The notes below the pieces were generated by a model. It was not told the origin of the DNA, searched no databases, and worked only from the letters and a program-made list of their open reading frames with translations. DNA of 64,000 nucleotides from Escherichia phage ukendt. This document shows, piece after piece, positions 42,652 through 51,453 of the stretch. The stretch's first letter is position 1. The number at the start of each line of letters is the position of its first letter. The stretch lies in sequence record NC_052661.1. One strand, 5' to 3'. The position numbers and the translations under genes were made by a program.

Positions 42652-44025
42652 ATGGCAACTTTTCGTGAAAAGGTAGCAACCGTAACTTTACTGTATGGTG
42701 CTACATCAATTCGTGAAACCCAGTTCGATATTCCCCTGATCCTTACAGGTCAGAACGTAACTGGCGAAGCGATTCAATATTACTCTTCTTCCGATGCACT
42801 TTTGGAAGCAGGTTATGGATTAAATGATCCAGCGTATATTATGGCAGTCAAACTGTTTAACGGTTTGTTCCCACCAGATCAAGTTATGGTTGGTAAGCGT
42901 GAAGTTACAAACTTTACTCTAACTCCAATCGTAGAAGATAGTACAACTTACACAATTACCATCAAAAATGGTACCAAGAAAAAAGAATTTAAATTCATTG
43001 CTGATGACACTGCAACTGCACAAGAGATTGTAGTTGGTCTGACTGAAATGATCAATGCAGATCTTGTTTATGGCCCACTGTTTACAGTAGCTAACAACGG
43101 CGCTGCAATGACTTTCACTCCAGTAGAAGGTAAGTTTGGTTCTATTGACAGCACAGGTTTCACTCAAGAAACTGTCTATGCTAATGCTATTACGGAAGAT
43201 ATCGCTGCTCTGCATGATATTGATAGTAGCTGGTTCTGGACCCTTTCAGATTCCCATGAAACAGAAGATGTTCTAGCTTTGGCTGCATGGGTAGAAGAGA
43301 ATGATAAAGTTTACTTCTTCTCTAGCTCTGAACCTGGAATTAAAACGAAAGCAGAAGATAACGTTCTGGAACGACTGAATGACCTCGGTTATAATAACAC
43401 TTGCTTTGCTTTGTGGATGACTGATGCAGATTCTGTATTCCCAGAAGCAGCAGTTGTTGGTGCAATCTGTTCTCGTCAACCTGGTTTAACTACTCTTCAC
43501 GGTAAAACACTGGTAGGTGTAGAGATCGAGAAACTGGATCAGACTTCGGAAAACAATATTGTTCAACAGAACGGTAACATCTATCGTAAAGAGCATGGAA
43601 CTCTGTTCTATCGTGATGGATTGATGGTTAGCGGTTTCTTTGTTGACTATGTTGTTCATGCTTTGTGGTTTAAAGCTCGCACAGAAGAATCACTGTTTAC
43701 ACTGTTTAAACAACAGTCTATGCTGGGTGGTGGTGTTCGTGCTACTTCAAACGGTCTAGCTTTGATTCGACAAGCTGTTCTGGCTAACCCGATCCAAGTA
43801 GGTATCCTCAACGGTTCCATCGCTAATGAAGTTGTTACTTCTGAAGAGACTGGTTTGCGTGTCGATCTGAAACCTATTGTTTATATTCCTTCTCGTGCCG
43901 ATATGACCGATGCGCAAATCAATGCTCGTCTGGTTGATGGGATGAAGATTGAATATGTTTACGCTGGCTTCTTCCATTACGTTAAAGTTCAGGTCAACGT
44001 CCTGACTAACCGTACTGCAAACTAA
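42652..44025 (+). CDS. tail sheath protein
   Basis: 457 aa directly upstream of 159-aa tube gene; sheath-tube-chaperone-tape-measure order. Confidence 0.7.
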   Translation: MATFREKVATVTLLYGATSIRETQFDIPLILTGQNVTGEAIQYYSSSDALLEAGYGLNDPAYIMAVKLFNGLFPPDQVMVGKREVTNFTLTPIVEDSTTYTITIKNGTKKKEFKFIADDTATAQEIVVGLTEMINADLVYGPLFTVANNGAAMTFTPVEGKFGSIDSTGFTQETVYANAITEDIAALHDIDSSWFWTLSDSHETEDVLALAAWVEENDKVYFFSSSEPGIKTKAEDNVLERLNDLGYNNTCFALWMTDADSVFPEAAVVGAICSRQPGLTTLHGKTLVGVEIEKLDQTSENNIVQQNGNIYRKEHGTLFYRDGLMVSGFFVDYVVHALWFKARTEESLFTLFKQQSMLGGGVRATSNGLALIRQAVLANPIQVGILNGSIANEVVTSEETGLRVDLKPIVYIPSRADMTDAQINARLVDGMKIEYVYAGFFHYVKVQVNVLTNRTAN

Positions 44026-44071
44026 TACGGCGGGGGTTAAGCCCCCGTTATCAAAATAAAGAGGATCTATA

Positions 44072-44551
44072 ATGGATAAAATGCTTACTGGCGTAATGGC
44101 CTACGACCCATCTCAAGTTATCCTTTCATTAGGTGGTTGGGAACCGTGGGGTTTTGCGGCTGATACTAAAATCGTTATTGCTAAATCTAACGATATTATC
44201 AACCCTTATTCAGGGACTGATGGGGACGTTTCATTAGCTTTGAGTCGTAACCGTTTGGGAACACTCACAATGTCTTTGCAACGCACATCTCCAGCTAACG
44301 AAGTACTTGCAACATATGCACAAACAATGTATTCTACTCGTCAAGTAGCATTCAGTGTTTACTTGGAAGACCCACGTGGCTATTACATTAGCACGATTGG
44401 ATGGATTCAAAGTCAGCCTGAAGATACTATTGGCGAAATGATTACAGAGAACCAATGGGTTATTGGTCTTAAAGATGCAAGCCTTCTGCGTAATGAAGTT
44501 GGTGTAGGTTTGAGCACCCTTAACTCAATCTCTGCTCTGACAATTCAATAA
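44072..44551 (+). CDS. tail tube protein
   Basis: 159 aa after sheath, followed by a strong terminator. Confidence 0.6.
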   Translation: MDKMLTGVMAYDPSQVILSLGGWEPWGFAADTKIVIAKSNDIINPYSGTDGDVSLALSRNRLGTLTMSLQRTSPANEVLATYAQTMYSTRQVAFSVYLEDPRGYYISTIGWIQSQPEDTIGEMITENQWVIGLKDASLLRNEVGVGLSTLNSISALTIQ

Positions 44552-44557
44552 TAAATA

Positions 44558-44578
44558 AAGGGCAGAAATGCCCTTTTT
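44558..44578 (+). terminator. intrinsic terminator after tube gene
   Basis: AAGGGCA-gaaa-TGCCCTT followed by TTTTT. Confidence 0.65.
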
Positions 44579-44596
44579 ATCATTAGAGAGGAAAAT

Positions 44597-45079
44597 ATGT
44601 CACAAGAACAAGATAACACAATTCAAAAATATGCTCGACCAGAAGAAGTAGTTGAGATTCCATTAGATGGAAACAGATCTGTTACTTTCCGTATTATGAA
44701 ATGGAGTCCATCTAAAGTGTTCGACAGGATTCCAGAATTAGGTAGTGTTCTGGTTGTTCCTATGACTATGTATAGCACAGCAACAATGTCCGCAGACGAA
44801 GACCTTGAGTCACGTATTGCTATGGCACTGATCCAACTTTTTGCAGGTTTGGAAGAAAAGAATTTAACTGTCTTTTTGCGTAAAATTTTAGATGAGGTTT
44901 ATACCCAAGACGGTTATAACGTTGCAGAAAATTTTGATGAATTATTTATGGCTCACCCAGAACTAGTGTTAGATCTTACTGCTAAAGTTCTGGAGGTAAA
45001 CTACGGCCCTTTTTTCAAACGAGGTTTCGGAAAACTGTTCACACAGCTTCAGGCGATGACGAGTTTAGCAGCAAATTAA
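44597..45079 (+). CDS. tail assembly chaperone (putative)
   Basis: 160 aa immediately upstream of tape measure gene. Confidence 0.45.
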   Translation: MSQEQDNTIQKYARPEEVVEIPLDGNRSVTFRIMKWSPSKVFDRIPELGSVLVVPMTMYSTATMSADEDLESRIAMALIQLFAGLEEKNLTVFLRKILDEVYTQDGYNVAENFDELFMAHPELVLDLTAKVLEVNYGPFFKRGFGKLFTQLQAMTSLAAN

Positions 45080-45126
45080 CACCTGCGATTGAACATGCTA
45101 TCGACACAGCAACGAAAACCCTTACT

Positions 45127-45345
45127 TTGAAGTGGTATGAGGTTATTCTTTGCAAAGTCGTTAAAGATACCTCGGAAACACTGAAAACATTAGATAACTA
45201 CGGTGTAGATTATCTTTTAAAACTATATGAGTATTTAACATACGAAGAGTATGTTGAAGCCATGTATGTTAAAGACACTTCAATAAAGAGAAAACATCAA
45301 AACCAGACAAATAAAATGTCAGATTTGTTTAAGAAACTTGTTTAA
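45127..45345 (+). CDS. possible second chaperone ORF / frameshift extension
   Basis: -1 frame relative to 44597..45079, open from 45070; TTG start without SD; no canonical slippery heptamer found. Confidence 0.3.
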   Translation: MKWYEVILCKVVKDTSETLKTLDNYGVDYLLKLYEYLTYEEYVEAMYVKDTSIKRKHQNQTNKMSDLFKKLV

Positions 45346-45365
45346 TCCAACACGAGGAACATACT

Positions 45366-47354
45366 TTGTTAGAAATTAACGCCTCCAGAATTAGTAACGT
45401 GGTTACGTTTAAGGTGGACAAGAACAGTCTCAAGGAAGCAAAAGATGCCGTGTTGAGTGTTCAGAAGTTTGCAAATAAAATGCAACCCACTATGAACATG
45501 ACCAAGTTTAGACAACAAATGAAAGAGATTGAACGTGAACTTAAGAAAGCTCAAACTCAAAGCCAAAAACCTATGCGAGCACCTACTCCCGCTGGAGCGG
45601 GTGCTCCTGTAGGTGGTTCTGGTAGACCTAGAACTCCTAAAACCCCACAAGGTAGAGAAGAAGAAAAAGCTCGTAAAGCGGCTGAACGCGAAGCTAAAGC
45701 AGCAGCACGTAGGGAAGACTTAGGTAATCTTCGTTTACAGAACTTTAACTATCGAGCAAGAGCATTTAGTAAAGCCAGTCCTGGAGCTATGCAAGAAGCT
45801 AGAGACGTTATGGGTAAAGCTGTAGAGCAATACAAAAAAGGTGAAATAACTCTTCAACGTATGAACCAAGCTCTTGCTCACCAGTTAGATGCTTTACGCA
45901 GATCTCATCGTGAAAAGAATGCTGAAATAGAAGATGAGGTTCGCGGTCGTCGCCGTATTCGTAGAGAGCTAGAAGCAGAAGCTAAAATGCGTATACGTAT
46001 GCGAAATCGTGAACTTAGGGATATAGAACGAAATCGTAAGCGTGAATTGGCACAACAAAAACGTGATCGTGATCGTAGATATGGACAACTAAAAGAAGGT
46101 GCAGCAGGTCTTAATCCACGCATGATTGCATCCTCTTTGATTGGTGCTGGGCTGTTTGCAGGTGGTTCTGTAGTTGGTAACACGTTGATGAATACTAACG
46201 AAAGAATTAAACTTGTAAGCCGTGGTGCTGAAAACGTTCAGACAAACGCCAACGCTATTTTGGCAATGACAGCTTGGGGTGAACAGAACGGTGTAGACTC
46301 TGCAAATATTATTAAATCAATAGATAATATTAAAGACGTTCGTGAACGTCTTGGTAATACAGTTTTAGCTGCAAAGTGGAATGAGAAAGAAGGGAAGTGG
46401 AAAGGCGGTGATAATGGCATAACTGACATTATGAACTTGTTTGGATGGAATCCAGAACAGCTTAAACCTTTACAGAACGATCCTTTAGCTTTTATTCAGG
46501 CTACTGTTAATGAAGGTGAGCGTCGAGGTATGAACTCTGCTCAAATAGGGCGACTTCTTGAAAACCTTGGTGATGACCTTATGCACTACCAACGTATGTT
46601 TAGTAAAAACGGCGAAGGGTATAATGAAGTATTGAAAATGCTTCAAAGAACAGGTGCAACATTAACTCAAGAACAAATAGATGCTTCTAAAGAGTTTACT
46701 CGTTTTGCTGCAACAGTTCAGCTTGTAGGTCAAGGTATGCAGAACCACTTCTTAGAGGGTTTTGTGAAAGCCTTACCTAAAGATGATTCTTGGTTGGATA
46801 ACGTTAAAGTGCTAGATCAGTTTGCCAAAGATTTAGGTGAAGAACTCGGTAAGACAACAGTTCAATTAGGAGGTTTTGCTAAAGAATTGGGAGATGGTTT
46901 CGGATCTTTTACCAATTGGCTTAAAGAAACATTCCCAGATACATTCGGAGACAACACAGATCCTAATAAATCTATGGCACAAAAAGCATACGAGGCAACG
47001 CAAAGTGGAGACAGCAATCCTGTAGCAGATTGGTTGTACAATTTAACAGGTATTGATACACAAGACATTGGTCGTATGTGGAGAGGAGAACAAACAAGGA
47101 CACGTGCTTTTGGATTTGGTAATCCTCTTGAAGATTTACGTGAATCAGCCTACACACCTAACGTAAGTTTGGCTCGTAATCAACCTGTTGTTGAGAATAC
47201 GGTAGCAATACCAAGTGATCTTATCAAAGTTACGATCAGCCCTTCTTCAGAGTTTGGAAATATTCTTGATGCAAGAATTCAAAATAGCGGAAATAGCATT
47301 TTCCAACGTTTGTCTCTTTCAACTCTAAGTGGACAATCTAACACTGGTGGTTAA
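45366..47354 (+). CDS. tail tape measure protein
   Basis: 662 aa, TTG start; highly charged helical region (RRRIRRELEAEAKMRIRMRNRELRDIERNRKRELAQQKRDRDRR), Gly-rich segments; position after chaperones. Confidence 0.65.
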   Translation: MLEINASRISNVVTFKVDKNSLKEAKDAVLSVQKFANKMQPTMNMTKFRQQMKEIERELKKAQTQSQKPMRAPTPAGAGAPVGGSGRPRTPKTPQGREEEKARKAAEREAKAAARREDLGNLRLQNFNYRARAFSKASPGAMQEARDVMGKAVEQYKKGEITLQRMNQALAHQLDALRRSHREKNAEIEDEVRGRRRIRRELEAEAKMRIRMRNRELRDIERNRKRELAQQKRDRDRRYGQLKEGAAGLNPRMIASSLIGAGLFAGGSVVGNTLMNTNERIKLVSRGAENVQTNANAILAMTAWGEQNGVDSANIIKSIDNIKDVRERLGNTVLAAKWNEKEGKWKGGDNGITDIMNLFGWNPEQLKPLQNDPLAFIQATVNEGERRGMNSAQIGRLLENLGDDLMHYQRMFSKNGEGYNEVLKMLQRTGATLTQEQIDASKEFTRFAATVQLVGQGMQNHFLEGFVKALPKDDSWLDNVKVLDQFAKDLGEELGKTTVQLGGFAKELGDGFGSFTNWLKETFPDTFGDNTDPNKSMAQKAYEATQSGDSNPVADWLYNLTGIDTQDIGRMWRGEQTRTRAFGFGNPLEDLRESAYTPNVSLARNQPVVENTVAIPSDLIKVTISPSSEFGNILDARIQNSGNSIFQRLSLSTLSGQSNTGG

Positions 47355-47361
47355 TAAAATA

Positions 47362-47383
47362 CCTCGCTTCGGCGGGGTTTTTT
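47362..47383 (+). terminator. intrinsic terminator after tape measure gene
   Basis: CCTCGC-ttcg-GCGGGG (UUCG tetraloop) followed by TTTTTT. Confidence 0.7.
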
Positions 47384-47391
47384 CGTTTCCC

Positions 47392-47421
47392 TTGACACGA
47401 AGTTTCTATATGTGTTACAAT
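47392..47421 (+). promoter_or_regulatory. promoter TTGACA-N18-TACAAT
   Basis: cTTGACAcgaagtttctatatgtgtTACAAT before baseplate genes. Confidence 0.5.
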
Positions 47422-47480
47422 AATCAATATGGGAAGATCTTGCATCTTCCTTTTGGCATTATCATTACTACGAGGTTATC

Positions 47481-48182
47481 ATGGCAGCAATGACTCCACA
47501 ACAGTCGGTGAGAGCCGTCTATAAGGCAGAACAGGAAATCAACTCTACCGAGAATAAAAATACCTCGGCATCTACTGTAAAGGGTGATAATGGTTTCTGC
47601 ATTTTAGCAAGTGTTTATAATAGTTCAAGTGATCAATACATTCAAAACTTTAAAGCAATTACTTTCGATTCAGTCCCTGAAATAGGTGTAACTCGTGAGG
47701 CAGATGTTACAAGTTTTCCAGTAGAATCAGGATCGGATGTAAGTGACCACGTTCAAATAAAAAACAACAGATTTAAACTTTCAGGTATAATTACCGAAAC
47801 ACCAATTCGGCTTATGCGAGATCAATTATACAGTGCAGGTGTAAATGGTGCAAGGATTTCTCAAGCAATAGAATATCTAGATCAAATATTTGAGTCAAGA
47901 CAACCAATAGTTCTTTTGACAGAACACAGAACTTTTGAAAATGTTATTCTCAAAGGTTATTCGTATGATTATAAATCTGAATTTGCTATGCAATTTGATT
48001 TAGAGTTTGAACAAATCCGTCTCGTTTCTAAGGCCACTACTAATGCTATTGCTGTAAAAACAGCACCAAATAAATCGACGGGTGGTGATGTGAAAGGTCA
48101 AGTTGCTTCGAATGGTCCTAAGTCAGATATTACAGTAAGAACGGCTGAAGCTACTAATACCCCAACAAACAACGGAGGTTAA
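47481..48182 (+). CDS. putative tail/baseplate assembly protein
   Basis: 233 aa, first gene of baseplate operon. Confidence 0.4.
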   Translation: MAAMTPQQSVRAVYKAEQEINSTENKNTSASTVKGDNGFCILASVYNSSSDQYIQNFKAITFDSVPEIGVTREADVTSFPVESGSDVSDHVQIKNNRFKLSGIITETPIRLMRDQLYSAGVNGARISQAIEYLDQIFESRQPIVLLTEHRTFENVILKGYSYDYKSEFAMQFDLEFEQIRLVSKATTNAIAVKTAPNKSTGGDVKGQVASNGPKSDITVRTAEATNTPTNNGG

Positions 48183-48184
48183 TA

Positions 48185-48598
48185 GTGACAACTTATTCTA
48201 AAACAACAAGGTCTACAAGTAATACAGGCTACAGTGCAGTTTATCTAGAGGACCATTCTACTTATTTTGCATGGTACCTGAAAACTGAAGAGTATCCTGA
48301 TCAAACATATACAGTTACATTGGATGGAGTTGATTATGACATTCGTTTAAGGTGGAACACTAGGGACGAGTCTTGGCAATGTCAGATTGGATTATCTGGA
48401 GATGATCCAAGTATAAGTTTCAAAGTTACAAATGGTTTAGATCTTCTTAAACCTTATAAATATCTTGAAAGTGTGCCAGATGGTCAATTGTATATAGTAG
48501 ATACAGTTAAGATTAATGGTCGTCCTGGGTATACAACTACAGGTCGAGATAAACGTTTTGTATTGGTTTATATTGATAACAAACCTAATCAGGCGTAA
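48185..48598 (+). CDS. putative baseplate protein
   Basis: 137 aa, GTG start. Confidence 0.4.
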   Translation: MTTYSKTTRSTSNTGYSAVYLEDHSTYFAWYLKTEEYPDQTYTVTLDGVDYDIRLRWNTRDESWQCQIGLSGDDPSISFKVTNGLDLLKPYKYLESVPDGQLYIVDTVKINGRPGYTTTGRDKRFVLVYIDNKPNQA

Positions 48599-48607
48599 GG
48601 AGATAAT

Positions 48608-49618
48608 ATGGCAGAAAGAGAGTATACAAAAGCTCCTGCCCCTAATTTAAACAGGGCATACAAATTATTAATTGGTTCTGCCACAAACACAATACAGAAG
48701 AGAACTAAGAACTCGGCATTTAAATCTACAGTAGATTTGGATACCAAGTTAGGAACAACAGAAAAATCCTCTTCTAATTTGTATTTGTTGCAAGACCATC
48801 AAATAACCTTCAGTATTAAGAAAGATAATAACAAAGATCCTAACCAAGCAGAGATTGTAGTTTATAACCTTTCGGATGATACTGTTAACTATATAAACCG
48901 TGGTATCCGAAATAACTTGGCTGTTGCTTTAGCGGTAGGATACGAAGGTGAAGAGTTGGTTATGGTCTTCAAAGGAACTATCCAGTGGGTTAGTGATACT
49001 TTTGACTCGGTAGACAGGAAAACCACTTTACACTGTTTGGATGGCGGTATTAACATTGCAGAAGCAAGAACAAGCCGCAGTTATCCAAAAGGAACTAAAA
49101 TCAAACGTGTTGTGACAGATTTGGTAAAGGATTTAGGAACTACAGAAGGTAATATACACGTAGATAATGATCAAACCTTATCCTCAGCAACAGCTATGTG
49201 TGGAAACACTTCACATTACCTAGAACATATTTGTAAAAGTATTGATCACAATGTGTCAATACAAGATGGATCTGTTTATGTCACTCCTCGTTCACAAATG
49301 TCTAGTGCACGTAGCGCCTACATTAGCCCTGAAACTGGTCTGATAGGAAGTCCAGAACCATTCCACAACGATATAAAACCTACTAAAAAAGTTACCAAGT
49401 CATCTAAGAAGGCAAAGAAACCTACAGATGGTGTTAAATTCAAATGCCAAATGAATGGTGCAATATTACCAGAAAAAACAATCTGGTTAAAAAGCCGAGA
49501 TTATGATGGTCCATTTAAAGTTGTTTCTGTTTCTCACAATGGTGATAAAGAGGGTAAAGAGTGGGTTACTGAGGTGGAGTGTGTATCCGTGTCTGAAATA
49601 ATGACTAAGGAGAAATAA
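48608..49618 (+). CDS. putative baseplate hub protein
   Basis: 336 aa directly upstream of spike gene. Confidence 0.45.
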   Translation: MAEREYTKAPAPNLNRAYKLLIGSATNTIQKRTKNSAFKSTVDLDTKLGTTEKSSSNLYLLQDHQITFSIKKDNNKDPNQAEIVVYNLSDDTVNYINRGIRNNLAVALAVGYEGEELVMVFKGTIQWVSDTFDSVDRKTTLHCLDGGINIAEARTSRSYPKGTKIKRVVTDLVKDLGTTEGNIHVDNDQTLSSATAMCGNTSHYLEHICKSIDHNVSIQDGSVYVTPRSQMSSARSAYISPETGLIGSPEPFHNDIKPTKKVTKSSKKAKKPTDGVKFKCQMNGAILPEKTIWLKSRDYDGPFKVVSVSHNGDKEGKEWVTEVECVSVSEIMTKEK

Positions 49619-50352
49619 TGGATGCATTGAATTTTGTCACAGCAATGCGTGGCTTAATGACAGAACAATTAGCAGAAGTCCATACAGCCTTGCCAGTCCG
49701 TGTGACTGGCGTTAATTATGGTGCTAAAACTGTCACTTTAGAATCTATTGTTAAAAACACACGATCTAGTGAAGATGAAATAGATTATCCTACTTTTGAA
49801 GATGTTCCTTTTATGGTTAATGGTGGGGGGACAGGAAGAATCTCATTCCCTATTAAAGCTGGTGATTTAGGAACTGTTATATTTTCTGAAAGAGATCCTT
49901 CTAATGCACTGCAAACTAGTGGAGAAACCTCTTCATCATCCACTTTTATGCAGCCTTGTGGATTATACCCTATTTGTTTTATTCCCAAAATAGCTACAGG
50001 AACAGATTCAACAGAAGCTGTAGATTCTGAAAAGGTAGTTATTTCTAATAACAAAAACACGTACGCTTCTTTCGACCCTACAGGTAATATTTCAATATGG
50101 AATAGTCAAGGGATGAAAATAGATATTACTACCTCTGGTATTACTATTACAGATGGCACAGGGACTTTGGATCTAAAAGGTGGTAATTTAACTTTCAAAG
50201 GCGGCGTAGCAGATATTAATGGTCTTAAAATAGATCAGAACGGTTTGATGACAGATGGTAATGGCATCGGATTCCATACTCACACACACACGGTTCGTAA
50301 CATTCAGAGCGGTAGCTCAAGTGCCGAGTCCTTAAAACCAACAGGAGCCTAA
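49618..50352 (+). CDS. baseplate central spike (gpV-like) with C-terminal HxHxHxH apex
   Basis: 244 aa; C-terminal GIGFHTHTHTVRNIQSG (metal-binding His repeat typical of spike tips). Confidence 0.6.
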   Translation: MDALNFVTAMRGLMTEQLAEVHTALPVRVTGVNYGAKTVTLESIVKNTRSSEDEIDYPTFEDVPFMVNGGGTGRISFPIKAGDLGTVIFSERDPSNALQTSGETSSSSTFMQPCGLYPICFIPKIATGTDSTEAVDSEKVVISNNKNTYASFDPTGNISIWNSQGMKIDITTSGITITDGTGTLDLKGGNLTFKGGVADINGLKIDQNGLMTDGNGIGFHTHTHTVRNIQSGSSSAESLKPTGA

Positions 50353-50353
50353 C

Positions 50354-50980
50354 ATGGGAATCCCTTTTGACTTAAAGCTTGGACCAAACAACGACCTCAT
50401 CATGGACGATGGGGATTTGGTCCTCACCACAACCAGAACAGAAATTGCAGCACAAACTCTTGGGATAACTCTGAACACGTATCGTGGAGAGTGGTTTTTA
50501 AATACTAACTTCGGTGTTCCTTACTTACAAGAGATTATTGGTGTTGCTAGAAAGAAAGATATTGTAGACAGAATATTTTTAGCGGAGATTGCCAAAAACG
50601 TTTACATAGATACAATAAACAGTTATAAATCTGCTTATGACATGGATCAACGTTATTACTCAATGACAGTTATGGTGACAGTTGGAGCAGATACAGTAAC
50701 ATCCGTATTCAATACTCAACCTTCTGAAGAGTTTATTTACCCTGAAGCTGGTGAAGACAATGCAGCGATCATTTGTGAAGCTTACAGTATTGTTGAGAAT
50801 TCGAATAGACTTTATCGCTTTATCAACTTTGTTGGTTTGCCACGTGATACCTACTCTACTTGGTGGAATGAATGGTCTACAGAGTCAGCAGGGGAAAGAA
50901 TCATGGTTAACGAAAAAGGTGATGCATTAGCTACAAACAATAATTTCGGTATAACAGCTATGACAGGAGTAGAAGAATAA
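50354..50980 (+). CDS. baseplate wedge protein (gp25/GpW-like domain, extended)
   Basis: N-terminal GDLVLTTTRTEIAAQTLGITLNTYRGEWFLNTNFGVP resembles gp25/W family. Confidence 0.55.
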   Translation: MGIPFDLKLGPNNDLIMDDGDLVLTTTRTEIAAQTLGITLNTYRGEWFLNTNFGVPYLQEIIGVARKKDIVDRIFLAEIAKNVYIDTINSYKSAYDMDQRYYSMTVMVTVGADTVTSVFNTQPSEEFIYPEAGEDNAAIICEAYSIVENSNRLYRFINFVGLPRDTYSTWWNEWSTESAGERIMVNEKGDALATNNNFGITAMTGVEE

Positions 50981-51453
50981 TGGCAGATTTAACTACGATC
51001 AAAGTTTCTGATCTTACACAAACAACCTCTGTATCTGATACAGATTTCTTTGTAACAGATCAGGCTGGAATAACAAAGAAGACTTCTTTGAAAGTGCTGT
51101 TGAGTGGTGCAGGGGTAACTAGAAACCGTTTAAATGCACGGGGAACAGTAACTAGCACCTTGGCATTAGATATTAGTTCAGCAGAATATTTTTCGGCAAC
51201 CTTATCTTCTGCAACGTGCACAATTAGTTTTACTAATATTCCAGTAGCAACGAATGCAGTTTTAAACTTTACTTTATCTTTGCGTCAAGGAAGTGGCGCA
51301 AATAAAGTCGTATGGCCTTCTTCTGTAAAATGGAGTTTTGGTCGTTCCCCAGTTTTGAGTTATCGTCAAGGTGCAACAGACACTTTTGAATTTATCAGTT
51401 ATGATAATGGTGCAACTTGGACAGGTAGCTTAGTTTTAGCAGGAGTTATTTAA
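50980..51453 (+). CDS. hypothetical tail protein (157 aa)
   Basis: ATGA overlap; Ser/Thr-rich beta-type composition. Confidence 0.4.
   Translation: MADLTTIKVSDLTQTTSVSDTDFFVTDQAGITKKTSLKVLLSGAGVTRNRLNARGTVTSTLALDISSAEYFSATLSSATCTISFTNIPVATNAVLNFTLSLRQGSGANKVVWPSSVKWSFGRSPVLSYRQGATDTFEFISYDNGATWTGSLVLAGVI

Noticed and set aside
45905-46183. 92-aa Arg/Ser-rich minus-strand ORF inside the tape measure gene
   Set aside because: Antisense reading of the charged repeat region of the tape measure protein; compositional artefact.
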